The notes below the pieces were generated by a model. It was not told where the DNA came from, ran no database searches, and worked only from the letters and a program-made list of their open reading frames with translations. Source: Patescibacteria group bacterium (GTDB lineage: Bacteria; Patescibacteriota; Patescibacteriia; 2-12-FULL-57-11). Taken from it: a DNA stretch of 64,000 nucleotides. Positions 1 to 10,834 of this stretch are shown here, one piece after another (position 1 is the first letter of the stretch; each line of letters begins with the position of its first letter). The position numbers were made by a program, and so were the translations under genes. The stretch lies in the NCBI GenBank assembly GCA_038054875.1, contig JBBUJK010000029.1, positions 7,442 through 71,441 on the forward strand, read 5' to 3'.

Positions 1-539
1 GCGGTCTTTCCGCGAACATCGTGACGCTCTCCCACGAACATCTTTCGCACGCCGCGGCCGAACTCGTTGGTGGCGAACCGTTCGTCATCCGCGGGCCTGG
101 GGAGTACGAAGTGAAGGATGTCTTCGTGTATGGCATTCCGTCCGGTCATGGCGTTCCCAAGGGAAAGAAGGAAGGACCGAACACCATCTATCGTTTTGAG
201 ATCGGCGACTTGTCCGTTGCGCATCTGGGCGACATCGGGCATCCGCTCACGGATACGGAGCTCGAGCAGCTGGAGGACATCGACGTGCTGCTTGTGCCGG
301 TCGGCGGGCAAGGACCGACTATTGGTGCCGATGAGGCCGTGAAGATCGTGAATCGTCTGGCACCGCGCATCGTCATCCCCATGCACTACGCCGACCCGGA
401 CATCAATATGAAACTGGATTCCGCTGACAAATTTTTCCGCGAAGTCGGCGGCACCGCCGAGAAGGTCGAGAAGTTGAAGATTTCCCGCAAAGACCTGCCG
501 CAGGACAGCACGACGTTTTACCAGTTCATCCGCAGCTGA
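1..539 (+). CDS. MBL-fold metal-dependent hydrolase, C-terminal part (5' end outside window)
   Basis: The 21..539 reading frame stays open back to position 1. The C-terminus (VLLVPVGG...VIPMHYADP) resembles the beta-lactamase-fold hydrolase tail. 172 aa is too short for a complete MBL protein. Confidence 0.45.
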   Translation, partial: GLSANIVTLSHEHLSHAAAELVGGEPFVIRGPGEYEVKDVFVYGIPSGHGVPKGKKEGPNTIYRFEIGDLSVAHLGDIGHPLTDTELEQLEDIDVLLVPVGGQGPTIGADEAVKIVNRLAPRIVIPMHYADPDINMKLDSADKFFREVGGTAEKVEKLKISRKDLPQDSTTFYQFIRS

Positions 540-540
540 T

Positions 541-1074
541 ATGGCATCTCCCCGCAGCACAAAAGCCGCCGCGGACCGGGACCTTTCCGCCTTCGTGGGG
601 GAGCAGGTTTCCGGAGACGAGCGCGCCCGCCACGAACGCGAGCCGCTGGGTTTTGAGGACCAGATGCCGAGTCCGATCGGTTCGGTGCCGGAAGAGCATA
701 TGGGATACGGCGGCCTGCCCACGCATGAAGGGTATGATGTTGATCCGGACACGCACTTCCGTCGCGTGCGCAACATCATCGTCGCTTCCATTGTTCTCAC
801 TGTATTCGTGGGTGGGGCATGGGTGTTTGCCGTCGGATCACACATTGTGCCGAGCGGCGACCCGGGCCAGACGTCCGTTGCCGCCGATGAAGCGCGCGCC
901 CTGTTCGACTCGCAGTTCCGCGACATTTCGGCGCGGCTGAGCGCGCTGACCGGCGCCACCTCAACGCCGAACGCAGCCGCGACCGCCTCACTCAACACCG
1001 CACTGAACGCCATGCGCGACCGTTTGACCACCGCCGTGACCGCGACAAGCTCCGTTACTTCCACCCCCCGCTGA
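541..1074 (+). CDS. hypothetical membrane protein (one TM helix, Ala/Thr-rich tail)
   Basis: 177-aa ORF with a hydrophobic segment ([20 protein letters not shown]). No recognisable domain. Confidence 0.4.
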   Translation: MASPRSTKAAADRDLSAFVGEQVSGDERARHEREPLGFEDQMPSPIGSVPEEHMGYGGLPTHEGYDVDPDTHFRRVRNIIVASIVLTVFVGGAWVFAVGSHIVPSGDPGQTSVAADEARALFDSQFRDISARLSALTGATSTPNAAATASLNTALNAMRDRLTTAVTATSSVTSTPR

Positions 1075-1081
1075 TCCTGCT

Positions 1082-3568
1082 ATGGCAAAGAAGCTGTCCC
1101 CGAAAGAAATTCCCATTCCCGCCGGTACCGACATCGGCAAGATCGAAGCGCGCGCCATCGTCGACGAAATGCAGACGAGCTATCTCGATTACGCCATGAG
1201 CGTAATCGTGCAGCGTGCGTTGCCGGACATCCGCGACGGTCTGAAGCCGGTGCAGCGCCGCATTCTGTACGCGATGTGGACGATGGGGTTGCGCGCCAAC
1301 GCCAAGTTCCGCAAGTCCGCGACCGTGGTCGGTGAAGTGCTCGGCAAATACCACCCGCACGGCGACCAGTCGGTGTACGACGCCATGGTGCGCATGGCGC
1401 AGGATTTCTCCGAGCGCTATCCGCGCATCCGCGGCCAGGGCAACTTCGGTTCCATGGACGGCGACAGCGCCGCGGCCATGCGGTATACCGAAGTCAAACT
1501 CGCCGGCGTTGCCGAAGAACTGCTCTTCGACATTGACAAGGACACTGTTGAATTCGCGCCCAACTACGACGCCTCCCACAAGGAACCGGTGGTGCTGCCC
1601 GCGAAAATTCCCGGTCTGCTGTTGAACGGCACGGTCGGCATCGCGGTCGGCATGGCCACGAACATCCCGCCGCACAACCTGCGCGAGATCTGCGACGGCG
1701 TCATGCTGCTCTTGGACAACCCGGACGCCTCCATTTCCGATCTCTGCAAAATCGTGAAGGGTCCGGACTTTCCGACGGGCGGCATCATCTACGGCACCAA
1801 GGACATCGCCGCCGCCTACGCCACCGGCCGCGGTTCCATTGTCATGCGCGGCAAGACGGAAATCGTCGAGGACGACAATACCGCCAAAATTTTCATCACC
1901 GAGGTGCCGTTCCAGGTGAACAAGGCGACCCTGATCGAGCGGATTGCTGACTTGGTGCGCGACAAGGAGTTGGAAGGCATCAAGGACCTGCGCGACGAAT
2001 CCAACAAGGATGGCGTGCGCATCGTGATCGAACTCAAACGCGACGCCTATCCGAAGAAGGTGTTGAACAAGCTGTTCCTGTCCACGGATTTGCAGACCAG
2101 CTTTCACGTAAACATGCTGGCGCTTATCGATGGACTCCAGCCACGCGTGCTCAATTTGAAGAGCATGCTCGAGGAGTTCGTGAAGCATCGCGAAACAGTG
2201 ATCCGCCGTCGCGCCACGTTCGAGCTGGCTCGAGCCCGCGACCGCGCCCACATCCTCGAAGGGTTGAAGATGGCGCTCCTGCACATCGACAAGATCATCG
2301 AGACTATCCGGAAGTCGGCGGACAAGGACGAGGCCAAGGTGAACCTCATCAAGAAATTCAAACTGACCGAACCGCAGACCTTGGCTATTCTCGAGATGAA
2401 GCTCTCCGCGCTCGCCAACCTCGAGCGTCTGCGCGTCGAGACCGAACTCAAGGAGAAGCTCGCCATCGTCAAAGAACTCGAAGCGCTCTTGTCCTCTGCA
2501 AAGAAGATTCGCGCCGTTATCAAACAGGAGACCGCCGAGATCCGGGTAAAATACGGCGACGACCGCAAGACGGACATCGTCGTCCACGGCGTGAAGGAAT
2601 TCTCGGTCGAGGATATCATCCCGAATGAACCGACCATCGTCATGATCACGCATGACGGGTATGTGAAGCGCGTGCCGCCGGACACCTTCAAGACGCAGGC
2701 GCGCGGCGGCAAGGGCGTGATCGGCGTCACCACGAAGGAAGAAGACGTGGTCCAGCACCTCTTCACCACGAACACGCATGCGGACATGTTGTTCTTCACC
2801 TCGCGCGGCCGCGTCTTTGGGATGAAGGCCTATGACGTGCCGCCAGGGTCGCGCACCTCGAAAGGCCAGGCGCTCGTGAACTTCCTCCAACTCTCTGCCG
2901 GGGAAAAAGTTTCGGCCGTCTTGAGCATCCCCGACATTGCCGAACAGAAGCACCTCGTCATGGTCACGAAGAACGGCAACATCAAAAAGACGGCCATCGA
3001 GGAATTCAAGAATCTGCGCGCGAACGGGTTGATCGCCATCAAGCTCAGGGACGAGGACATTCTGGAATGGGTGCGTCCCTCGACCGGTGCGGATGATGTG
3101 ATCCTTGTCACTGCGCAGGGGCAAAGCATCCGCTTCGCCGAAAAGAGCGTGCGCCCGATGGGCCGCGCCGCCGCCGGAGTGCGTGGCATCAAACTTAAGA
3201 AGAAGGGCGATCGCGTCATCGGCATGGACATCGTGGACCCCGAAATGGTCAAGAAAAATATGCTGGAGCTCTTCGTCATCGCCGAAAACGGCATGGGCAA
3301 GCGCACCAACCTCAAGGAGTACAAGCTTCAAGGTCGCGGCGGCTCTGGCATCAAGACCATGCACATCAGCGCCAAGACCGGCGAAGCAGTCGGCGCCTAC
3401 GTTTCCGCTTCCTCGGACGAACGCGATCTGATCGTCGTCTCCAAGAACGGCCAGGTCATCCGCCTGCCGTTCGGCTCGGTCTCCAAACTCGGCCGTGACA
3501 CGCAGGGCGTGCGCCTCATGCGCTTCAAAGAACAGAGCGACGTGGTGGCCACAGTCACCTTCATCTAG
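1082..3568 (+). CDS. gyrA: DNA gyrase subunit A
   Basis: 828 aa. N-terminus [28 protein letters not shown] with the catalytic-Tyr region and C-terminal beta-pinwheel repeats. Confidence 0.95.
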   Translation: MAKKLSPKEIPIPAGTDIGKIEARAIVDEMQTSYLDYAMSVIVQRALPDIRDGLKPVQRRILYAMWTMGLRANAKFRKSATVVGEVLGKYHPHGDQSVYDAMVRMAQDFSERYPRIRGQGNFGSMDGDSAAAMRYTEVKLAGVAEELLFDIDKDTVEFAPNYDASHKEPVVLPAKIPGLLLNGTVGIAVGMATNIPPHNLREICDGVMLLLDNPDASISDLCKIVKGPDFPTGGIIYGTKDIAAAYATGRGSIVMRGKTEIVEDDNTAKIFITEVPFQVNKATLIERIADLVRDKELEGIKDLRDESNKDGVRIVIELKRDAYPKKVLNKLFLSTDLQTSFHVNMLALIDGLQPRVLNLKSMLEEFVKHRETVIRRRATFELARARDRAHILEGLKMALLHIDKIIETIRKSADKDEAKVNLIKKFKLTEPQTLAILEMKLSALANLERLRVETELKEKLAIVKELEALLSSAKKIRAVIKQETAEIRVKYGDDRKTDIVVHGVKEFSVEDIIPNEPTIVMITHDGYVKRVPPDTFKTQARGGKGVIGVTTKEEDVVQHLFTTNTHADMLFFTSRGRVFGMKAYDVPPGSRTSKGQALVNFLQLSAGEKVSAVLSIPDIAEQKHLVMVTKNGNIKKTAIEEFKNLRANGLIAIKLRDEDILEWVRPSTGADDVILVTAQGQSIRFAEKSVRPMGRAAAGVRGIKLKKKGDRVIGMDIVDPEMVKKNMLELFVIAENGMGKRTNLKEYKLQGRGGSGIKTMHISAKTGEAVGAYVSASSDERDLIVVSKNGQVIRLPFGSVSKLGRDTQGVRLMRFKEQSDVVATVTFI

Positions 3569-3623
3569 TAAAAGAACGACGCCGCTCCCTCGGGGGCGGC
3601 GTTCTGCGTTCAGGGAGGGGGAC

Positions 3624-3652
3624 TTGCCAGTTCCGTCACACCCGGCTATAAT
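3624..3652 (+). promoter_or_regulatory. sigma70-type promoter (TTGCCA-N17-TATAAT) upstream of rpmF
   Basis: TTGCCA at 3624-3629, a 17-nt spacer, TATAAT at 3647-3652. Confidence 0.45.
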
Positions 3653-3670
3653 GGCCGGGAACTGATACCT

Positions 3671-3952
3671 ATGGGTCTTCCTGGACATCGCCGCACATCC
3701 TCCCACAAACGCCGTCGCGCCGCGCATTTCGCGTTGAAAAAAATGATGATCGACACCTGCCCGAAGTGCAAGAAGCCGGTTCTTCCGCACATCGCCTGCC
3801 GATTCTGCGGCACGTACGCCGGCCGCCAAGTGCTTCCGGCCAAACTCGTTGAAGCCGGCAAGGCCCTGAAAAAGGCCGAGAAGGCCGCGGCCGCCAAGCA
3901 CGATCACGCCGACCACAAAGGTCACGACCATCCGCCCCAGAAAGACGAGTAA
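3671..3952 (+). CDS. rpmF: 50S ribosomal protein L32
   Basis: SHKRRRAAHFAL...CPKCKKPVLPHIACRFCGTY matches the L32 zinc ribbon. Confidence 0.85.
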   Translation: MGLPGHRRTSSHKRRRAAHFALKKMMIDTCPKCKKPVLPHIACRFCGTYAGRQVLPAKLVEAGKALKKAEKAAAAKHDHADHKGHDHPPQKDE

Positions 3953-4018
3953 CCCTCGTCTTTCGGTTTTTTCGCTCTTTCGTTCCTTTCGTCCAGCTGA
4001 GCTGGACACCAACAATGT

Positions 4019-4489
4019 ATGAGCAATCGGCACCTCGCGCGAACGATCGCCATGCAGGTCCTCTACCAATGGGACTTCAACGGGCAGAAGCCCGATGACG
4101 TCCCGGGCGTTTTGTCGTATCAGATCAAAGAGTTCGCGCCGGAGTTCAATGACAAGGGCTTTATCCAAGAACTCCTGGACGGCGTCCTTCAGCACCAAAA
4201 GGAAATCGACGAGACCATCATCACGTACGCGCCGGAGTGGCCGCTCGAAGCCATTACCCTCGTCGACAAGAACATCTTACGACTCGGTATTTCGGAGCTT
4301 CTGTATTCGGAGACCATCCCTTCCAAGGTGGCCATCAACGAGGCCATTGAGCTGGCCAAAACCTTCGGCGGCGAATCGTCCGGTCGATTCGTGAACGGCG
4401 TGCTCGGCGCGATATATCGGGATCGTGTCTCTGCCGGCCAATTGAAGAAGGTGGATCTCGAGCCGTCTAAGCCTCCAACCCATGAGTGA
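4019..4489 (+). CDS. nusB: transcription antitermination factor NusB
   Basis: [14 protein letters not shown] at the N-terminus and RFVNGVLG at the C-terminus are NusB hallmarks. Confidence 0.85.
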   Translation: MSNRHLARTIAMQVLYQWDFNGQKPDDVPGVLSYQIKEFAPEFNDKGFIQELLDGVLQHQKEIDETIITYAPEWPLEAITLVDKNILRLGISELLYSETIPSKVAINEAIELAKTFGGESSGRFVNGVLGAIYRDRVSAGQLKKVDLEPSKPPTHE

Positions 4490-5171
4490 CCTTTCCGTGC
4501 TGGAAGCGCGCCTCGGCGTGCATTTCAAGAATCAGGAGAACTTGCGCCAGGCATTGGTGCATCGCTCCTATCTGAATGAACATCCGGAGTTTCCGCTTGG
4601 TCACAACGAGCGGCTGGAGTTTTTGGGTGACGCCGTGCTCGAGCTTGTTGTCACGGAATTTTTATATCGGACCTACCCGAACCCGGAAGGCGAACTCACC
4701 AACTGGCGCGCGGCGCTCGTAAATGCGGTGATGCTTGCTGAGGTGACCGGTGAACTCGAGGTCGAAGAACATCTCTATCTTTCGCGCGGTGAATCCAAAG
4801 ATGCCGGCAGCAAGGCGCGCCAGTACATTTTGGCAAACGCGTTTGAAGCGATCGTTGGCGCGTTGTATCTCGATCAGGGCATGGAAGCCTGCCGCGGGTT
4901 CATCGACGCCAAGCTTCTCACGCGTCTGCCCTACATTTTGGAACATCAACTCTATCTCGATCCCAAGAGTCGTTTTCAGGAGGCGGCGCAGGAGCAACTC
5001 GGCATTACCCCGAATTACAAAGTGCTCGAAGAGTCAGGCCCGGATCATGCGAGACACTTTATCGTCGGCATTTTTCTAGGCGATCAACTTGTGGCCAAGG
5101 GTGAAGGCACAAGCAAGCAGGAAGCGCAGGTCGCTGCTGCAGAAAAGGCCATCGGCGTGAAGGGTTGGTAA
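4482..5171 (+). CDS. rnc: ribonuclease III
   Basis: RNase III signature [20 protein letters not shown] plus a C-terminal dsRBD. Overlaps the nusB stop by 8 nt. Confidence 0.9.
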   Translation: MSDLSVLEARLGVHFKNQENLRQALVHRSYLNEHPEFPLGHNERLEFLGDAVLELVVTEFLYRTYPNPEGELTNWRAALVNAVMLAEVTGELEVEEHLYLSRGESKDAGSKARQYILANAFEAIVGALYLDQGMEACRGFIDAKLLTRLPYILEHQLYLDPKSRFQEAAQEQLGITPNYKVLEESGPDHARHFIVGIFLGDQLVAKGEGTSKQEAQVAAAEKAIGVKGW

Positions 5172-5192
5172 ACGTGATAGAATAAGGAGGAT

Positions 5193-6254
5193 ATGTCTGC
5201 ACCTGCCGTCAACAAAGTCATGGACGCGTTGTTTTCCGCGGCCGTGGCTGCCAAAGCCTCGGACTTGCATCTTGTTGTCGGTCGGCCGCCGACGTTGCGC
5301 ATCGATGGCGCGCTCGTGCCGGTCAAAGGCGGGCTGCCGCTCACGACAAAGCAGGTGAGTGAACTCGTGTATAGCGTGCTCACCAAGGAGCAGATCGCGC
5401 GGTTCGAAAAAGACTTAGAACTCGACGCTGCCTATACCACGGGCGGAGCGCGCTTCCGCATCAACGTCCATCAGGAAAAGAACAACGTCGGCTTGGCCGC
5501 GCGTCTCGTGCCGGTCAAAATTCCGAGCATCGCCGACCTGGCGCTGCCGCAAGCCGTCGCCGATCTCACCACGCTGCCCCACGGGCTCATTCTTGTGACC
5601 GGCCCCACGGGCTGCGGAAAATCAACGACGCTCGCCACCCTCTTGAACCTCATCAATGATCGCACCGCGGCGAACATCATCACGCTGGAGGATCCCATCG
5701 AGTTCCTCTTCCCGCAAGGCAAGGCGCTCATCCGCCAGCGCCAGCTCGGCGAGGACATGCGCACCTTCGCCGATGGTTTGAAGCATCTGCTGCGCCAGGA
5801 CCCGGACATCATCATGGTCGGTGAAATGCGGGACCTGGAGACGATCGCGACGACGCTCACCCTCGCCGAAACCGGCCACCTCGTCTTCGCCACGCTGCAC
5901 ACCTACAGCGCATCGACGACGATCGAGCGCATCATCGACGCATTTCCGCCATACCAGCAGAACCAAATTCGCGTGCAGCTCGCCTCGGTGCTGCGTGCCG
6001 TCGTCACCCAGCAGCTTCTGCCCAAGCGCGGCAGCGGTCGCATTGCGGTGCGCGAAGTGATGTTTAATGTCTCCGCCGTTTCAAACTTGATTCGTGAAGG
6101 AAAATCCGCGCAGATGGAGACGGTGCTCCAGACTTCCAGCAAGTACGGGATGTACACGTTGGCGCAGGATGCCAAGCGCCTCGTGGCCGAAGGACTCATC
6201 GACGCCAAAGACGCGCAGACACTCGTCATCCGCCCCCGCGAGCGCATCGTGTAA
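5193..6254 (+). CDS. pilT: type IV pilus retraction ATPase PilT
   Basis: Walker A GPTGCGKSTT, PilT/PilU family architecture, 353 aa. Strong RBS AAGGAGG. Confidence 0.85.
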   Translation: MSAPAVNKVMDALFSAAVAAKASDLHLVVGRPPTLRIDGALVPVKGGLPLTTKQVSELVYSVLTKEQIARFEKDLELDAAYTTGGARFRINVHQEKNNVGLAARLVPVKIPSIADLALPQAVADLTTLPHGLILVTGPTGCGKSTTLATLLNLINDRTAANIITLEDPIEFLFPQGKALIRQRQLGEDMRTFADGLKHLLRQDPDIIMVGEMRDLETIATTLTLAETGHLVFATLHTYSASTTIERIIDAFPPYQQNQIRVQLASVLRAVVTQQLLPKRGSGRIAVREVMFNVSAVSNLIREGKSAQMETVLQTSSKYGMYTLAQDAKRLVAEGLIDAKDAQTLVIRPRERIV

Positions 6255-6256
6255 AC

Positions 6257-6295
6257 AAAAACCGCTCCGCCGATGGCGGGGCGGTTTTTGTTTGT
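6257..6295. terminator. bidirectional rho-independent terminator
   Basis: AAAAACCGCTCCGCC gatggc GGGGCGGTTTTTGTTTGTTT lies between convergent pilT and the cyclase gene. Confidence 0.6.
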
Positions 6296-6946
6296 TTAGG
6301 ATTTCAGCCGGTAGTACTTGAGGCCGACGCCGGAAATCGAGGCCGAAACCTTTTCGAACTTCAGCGTGGAGTCGGTGATCTTGGCGTATGCGCCTTCCGT
6401 CAGCAGCACTTCGCCCTTTTCCGCGATGTCCTCGCCGAGCTTCGATGCCAGGTTCAGTTCGTTGCCGAAGAAATCCTCGTTCGGCATGAGCAGGATGTCG
6501 CCGTAGCCGATGCCGATCGACACGTAGATGTCCTTCTCGTCCGGCAGCACGGTGTTCAGCGCGTTCAAGCCGCGCACCACGTCCTGGGCGGCGTGCACCG
6601 CGTCCGTCGGGTCGGCGAAGACCGCAAAGATGTTGTCGGCTTCCTGTTTCACGAGCTCGCCGCGGTTGTCCTTGATCGCCGGCATGGCGACGTTCACCAT
6701 GCGGCGGATCATGGCCAGGTAGTGGACGATGCCGTACTTGATGACGGTCCGCGAAAAGCCGGACATGTCCAGGATGAACGGCGCGCGTTCGCACTCGAAC
6801 GTCTCACGGATCTTGCGGTCGATTTCCGCTTCGCGCTCGGGATGTTCGTTGCGCAGGTCGAGGAGTTCCATGAGGAACTCGTGCGGATGGCGCACCACTT
6901 TGCAGGCAAGGGCTTTTTCGAGCTTGGCGGTTTTCTTGGGAGGCAT
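6296..6946 (-). CDS. class III adenylate/guanylate cyclase catalytic-domain protein
   Basis: The six-frame ORF runs 6296..7108, but its 5' part overlaps tRNA-Arg; the start was moved to the internal ATG at 6946 (MPPKK...). Body matches the nucleotide cyclase fold (FVAPGVSRLVAVGGRHVVRL...SGDAMLVSF region). Confidence 0.55.
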   Translation of the reverse strand: MPPKKTAKLEKALACKVVRHPHEFLMELLDLRNEHPEREAEIDRKIRETFECERAPFILDMSGFSRTVIKYGIVHYLAMIRRMVNVAMPAIKDNRGELVKQEADNIFAVFADPTDAVHAAQDVVRGLNALNTVLPDEKDIYVSIGIGYGDILLMPNEDFFGNELNLASKLGEDIAEKGEVLLTEGAYAKITDSTLKFEKVSASISGVGLKYYRLKS

Positions 6947-6963
6947 ATAAAAAAGTTTCTTTC

Positions 6964-7038
6964 TGGTGCGCCCTGAGAGAATCGAACTCCCATCACTGGT
7001 TCCGAAGACCAGTGCTCTATCCGTTGAGCTAAGGGCGC
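6964..7038 (-). tRNA. tRNA-Arg (anticodon TCG)
   Basis: Cloverleaf reads GCGCCCT-TA-GCTC..GAGC-A-CTGGT[CTTCGGA]ACCAG-GGGAG[TTCGATT]CTCTC-AGGGCGC-A-CCA. Encoded CCA. Confidence 0.85.
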
Positions 7039-7142
7039 ATACTGGGGACATATTGTGCGATTTTCGCTGCTCTGGCAAGCCGGTGCGCATCTTGACGGTC
7101 ATGCTCACAACAGCCTATAATGGCGGCCGTATTGCTTTCATT

Positions 7143-7218
7143 CGCAGCGGTAGCTCAGCTGGTAGAGCAGAGGCCTCTTAAGCCTAAGGTCCTGGGTTCG
7201 AGCCCCAGCCGCTGCACC
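7143..7218 (+). tRNA. tRNA-Lys (anticodon CTT)
   Basis: GCAGCGG...GAGGC[CTCTTAA]GCCTA...CTGGG[TTCGAGC]CCCAG-CCGCTGC-A-CCA. Confidence 0.85.
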
Positions 7219-7219
7219 A

Positions 7220-7252
7220 AGAACGCGTTTCCTTCGGGAGGCGCGTTCTTTT
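7220..7252 (+). terminator. hairpin AAGAACGCG...CGCGTTCTT after tRNA-Lys
   Basis: Perfect 9-bp inverted repeat followed by TTTTG. Confidence 0.4.
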
Positions 7253-7397
7253 GTTGGTCACCTTTGACAGTCGGGCTGTTTTCATGTATTTTGTTTTCTT
7301 CCTCATTGGCCTGAGGAAGAACCTGCCGACCACGGCCCGGATGAAGCAATCATGCCGAACCGGAGCACGAGCGGCGGAGACGAAAGGAAGGTGGCCA

Positions 7398-7784
7398 ATG
7401 GTGCGCATCTACATCAATGAGGCAGGACGGTCGAAGATCGCGGACGGGAAGCTCGAGGGCTTCAAGGTGCGGTTTGACAACGACGGATTTCCGTTCGTCG
7501 AATCCGGCGGAGGGATGATGATCAAGACGCCGGAGAAGCTTCAGGGCTTCATCGAGCAGATCTCTTCCGTGCACCACTTCCCGGCGGCGCCCCACCGCAC
7601 GCTCGGCGAGTACCGGAAGGGCGAAGTCCGCGTGTTCCTCGACAAGAAGGATCCGGACGGCCCCATCAGCTGCACGATGATGGGCGACTCGATCGAGGCG
7701 ATGTTCGAGCTCTACACCGCGATCCGCGCGGGGTCGATCGCCCCGACGGTCAGCTGGGAGAGCGAGCAGAAGCCGGCCGCGTAG
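7398..7784 (+). CDS. hypothetical protein (128 aa)
   Basis: The six-frame ORF starts at 7251; the start was moved to the ATG at 7398, which has RBS AAGGAAGGTG 6 nt upstream. No recognised domain. Followed by hairpin CAGGTGT..ACACCTG plus a T-tract. Confidence 0.45.
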   Translation: MVRIYINEAGRSKIADGKLEGFKVRFDNDGFPFVESGGGMMIKTPEKLQGFIEQISSVHHFPAAPHRTLGEYRKGEVRVFLDKKDPDGPISCTMMGDSIEAMFELYTAIRAGSIAPTVSWESEQKPAA

Positions 7785-8206
7785 CGGCACACGGGTTTGT
7801 CAGGTGTCCCTCAACACCTGGCGCGTTTTTTTATTGCGTGAGCCTTGACATCTCCGCGCATCTCTGCCGGGCGTACGCTAGAAGCATGCCGTTCAACCCG
7901 GACACTCATCGCCGGCGGTCCGACTACCTGCTCAGTTGGCTGTGGATACCAATCTCGACATGCTCGTCCGGACGCGGTATGCTCTTGGCCGCAGTTTCCA
8001 GGTGTCCGGTATCGCGAATCTGGAGGATTTCGCGGGGCAGCAGGCCCCGTTTTTCTATGGCCCGCATCATCTTCGACTACCAGGAATTCGTTCTCCCCGG
8101 CGGGGTGGCAGGGTTGACAAAACCCTCCAATTATGATAGGGTCTCGCGTTTGCTGCCTCAACCGGCCGCATCCGACCTTATGCCCCATACCTGGAAATAC
8201 AATTCC

Positions 8207-8698
8207 ATGCCTGCCGGAAAAGCAGGTATGCAGCTTCTGGCCTGCCTTGTGCTGGCCGGACTCATGGCTGATGCCACCACCAAAGCCGGAAAGGCTGAGA
8301 TGACGCTTGCCGGCGACGTCCTGGTGCGCCAGGCCTTTGCGGCTGAGGTCGCTCCGGCTCCGGCCGAGGACGTTTTGATCCCCGCGGCTGACATGGCCGG
8401 AAAGAAGATTTATAAGAACGTGCCGGTGACGGCCTACTCGTCCACGCCGGATCAGACGGACGACACCCCGTTTACGACCGCCTCGGGCACCCATGTTAGG
8501 GACGGCGTGTTCGCCGCCAACTTCCTTCCGATCGGCACGCGCGTGAAGATCCCGGAAGTGTACGGCGACAAGATCTTCATCGTTGAAGATCGCATGAACG
8601 CCCGCTATCACATCCATGGCGACATTTGGATGGAAACGCGCCAGGAGGCCAAGACCTGGGGCATCAAGTACGTGACTCTCGAGGTCTACCCCCGCTAA
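8207..8698 (+). CDS. secreted 3D-domain protein (MltA/YuiC-like putative cell-wall hydrolase)
   Basis: Signal peptide MPAGKAGMQLLACLVLAGLMA. C-terminal 3D-domain pattern VTAYSSTPDQTDDTPFTTASG...IVEDRMNARYHIHGDIW. Start placed at the ATG that begins the signal peptide. Confidence 0.55.
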   Translation: MPAGKAGMQLLACLVLAGLMADATTKAGKAEMTLAGDVLVRQAFAAEVAPAPAEDVLIPAADMAGKKIYKNVPVTAYSSTPDQTDDTPFTTASGTHVRDGVFAANFLPIGTRVKIPEVYGDKIFIVEDRMNARYHIHGDIWMETRQEAKTWGIKYVTLEVYPR

Positions 8699-8785
8699 TT
8701 TCAAAGGAACTCGTGTAGGGGTGCGGCAACGCACCCCTACACTTGTTTATTCCGGCATACCGGGATATAGTCGCACGGCTTTTAT

Positions 8786-10594
8786 ATGGAACGCCGCAAC
8801 GTCGCCATCATCGCCCACGTCGACCACGGCAAAACAACGCTGGTGGACGCGCTCTTGAAGCAGTCGCATACCTTTCGGAATGCCGATGCCATGGGCACCA
8901 CGATCATGGACTCGAACCCCCTCGAACGCGAGCGGGGTATTACGATTTTTGCGAAGAACGCATCCATCGTCTGGAAGGACGTGAAGATCAACATTGTCGA
9001 CACGCCGGGCCACGCCGACTTCGGCGGCGAGGTGGAGCGCATCATGAATATCGTGGACGGCTGTTTGCTTCTTGTGGACGCCAAAGAAGGGCCGATGCCG
9101 CAAACCAAGTTTGTGCTCAAAAAGGCCATCGAGGCAGGTCACAAAATTATCGTGGTCATCAACAAGGTCGACAAGAAGGACGCCCGCCCGGAATGGGTGC
9201 TCGGCAAGACCTTTGATTTGTTCGTCGATCTCGGCGCTTCGGACGACCAGGCCGACTTTCCGGTGATCTACGCCTCGGCCGTGAACGGCATCGCCGGCGA
9301 GACGCCGGATATGGCCGCCATGAAGGACATCAGCCCGGTCCTCGATTTGATCGTCGCCAAGATGCCGTCGTCGAAAGGCGATCCGAATGCACCGTTGCAG
9401 ATGTCGGTCGTGAACGTGGCCTACGACAACTACAAAGGGAAACTCGCCATCGGCCGCATCATTGCCGGCCGCATCGCCATGGGTCAGGGCGTCATGCACA
9501 TCGCGCGCGATGGCAAGCGCACCCCGGCCAAAGTGACGTCGCTCATGGCGTTCAGCGGCCTGGAGCGCCAGGAGATTCCCGCCGCCGATGCCGGGGAGAT
9601 TGTCTCCGTGGCCGGCATTGCCGACGTGCAAATCGGGGAGACGATTGCTGATCCGATTGACTCCCAGGCACTGCCGATCATCACCATCGAAGAGCCGACC
9701 GTGAAAATGAACTTCTCGGTCAACACGTCGCCTTTTGCCGGCAAGGAAGGGCAGTATTCGACTTCCCGCAACATCAAAGAGCGTCTGGAGCGCGAACTCA
9801 TGACCGACGTGGCGTTGCGTATGGGGCCTGGTCAGAGCGCCGAGACGTTCGTTGTTTCCGGCCGCGGTGAATTGCATTTGGAAATTCTGATCGAGAAGAT
9901 GCGCCGCGAAGGATATGAGTTTCAAGTCTCGCGTCCGCAGGTGATTTTCCACGAGGATGGTGGAAAAAAGTCGGAGCCGTTTGAACAGGTGTTCATCGAG
10001 TGCCCGGAGAACACCGCGGGTTCGGTCATCGAAAAAATGGGCAAGCGCAAGGGCGAGATGAAGGACATGAAGATCGATTCCGGTACGGCCATGCTCGAAT
10101 TCGACGTTCCCACGCGCGGACTCATCGGCTACCGCGCGGAATTCCTGACGGACACCAAGGGGCTTGGCATCATCAACTCGCTGTTTTTGGGCTATCGGCC
10201 CTGGATCCCCGGATTCGAGTCGCTGCCGCATGGTTCCTTGATCGCCTTCGAAGACGGCACTGCCATGGGCTATGGTCTCGCCGCCGCGCAGGAACGCGGA
10301 CAGATGTTCATTGGTCCTGGTGTTCATGTCTACCATGGCATGGTCGTCGGCCAGAACGCGAAACCTGAGGATCTGGAAGTGAACGTGGCCCGCGAGAAGC
10401 GCTTGTCGAACATGCGCTCCAAGGGCGACGGCGCCGGCATCCGCCTCGACACGCCGCGCGATATGTCGCTTGAAGATGCCCTCGAATATCTCGGTGACGA
10501 TGAGCTTCTGGAAGTGACCCCGCTTTCCCTGCGGATCCGCAAAGCAACGCTCGATCCCATCGAACGCAAGCGCACCGCGCGCATTGCAGAATAA
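8786..10594 (+). CDS. typA: translational GTPase TypA/BipA
   Basis: 602 aa. [35 protein letters not shown] and NKVDK match the BipA family. Confidence 0.9.
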   Translation: MERRNVAIIAHVDHGKTTLVDALLKQSHTFRNADAMGTTIMDSNPLERERGITIFAKNASIVWKDVKINIVDTPGHADFGGEVERIMNIVDGCLLLVDAKEGPMPQTKFVLKKAIEAGHKIIVVINKVDKKDARPEWVLGKTFDLFVDLGASDDQADFPVIYASAVNGIAGETPDMAAMKDISPVLDLIVAKMPSSKGDPNAPLQMSVVNVAYDNYKGKLAIGRIIAGRIAMGQGVMHIARDGKRTPAKVTSLMAFSGLERQEIPAADAGEIVSVAGIADVQIGETIADPIDSQALPIITIEEPTVKMNFSVNTSPFAGKEGQYSTSRNIKERLERELMTDVALRMGPGQSAETFVVSGRGELHLEILIEKMRREGYEFQVSRPQVIFHEDGGKKSEPFEQVFIECPENTAGSVIEKMGKRKGEMKDMKIDSGTAMLEFDVPTRGLIGYRAEFLTDTKGLGIINSLFLGYRPWIPGFESLPHGSLIAFEDGTAMGYGLAAAQERGQMFIGPGVHVYHGMVVGQNAKPEDLEVNVAREKRLSNMRSKGDGAGIRLDTPRDMSLEDALEYLGDDELLEVTPLSLRIRKATLDPIERKRTARIAE

Positions 10595-10834
10595 GAGACC
10601 CACTCAGAGTCTTGGCCGGGTTGACAAAGCCCGGCTTTTCTGATAGTTTATAGCGTTTCGTACCACGCCTGCACATGGCTCGCAGGGGTGGCGATTCTGC
10701 GATAGGGGACGGTCATTTGGACCGTTCGTCTCTCCCGAATTTTTACGAACGGCATCCACTAGGGATGGCGGGCGTAAGGCATTCGTTCGAGACAACATGA
10801 CCGGCCAGGCGGAAACCTGGAACAACGAGGCTAA

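Noticed and set aside
1055-4198. Very long antisense ORFs (e.g. 1055..4198 -, 8747..10603 -, 20634..22892 -, 23692..26136 -, 35254..37497 -, 60699..62726 -) opposite well-supported genes
   Set aside because: These are an artefact of high GC content (few stop codons in antisense frames). Each is fully covered by a confidently identified gene on the other strand (gyrA, typA, infB, glmS, ribosomal proteins) and has no recognisable features.
6081-6794. 237-aa minus-strand ORF overlapping the pilT 3' end and the cyclase gene
   Set aside because: Arg/Gly-rich antisense translation overlapping two supported genes.
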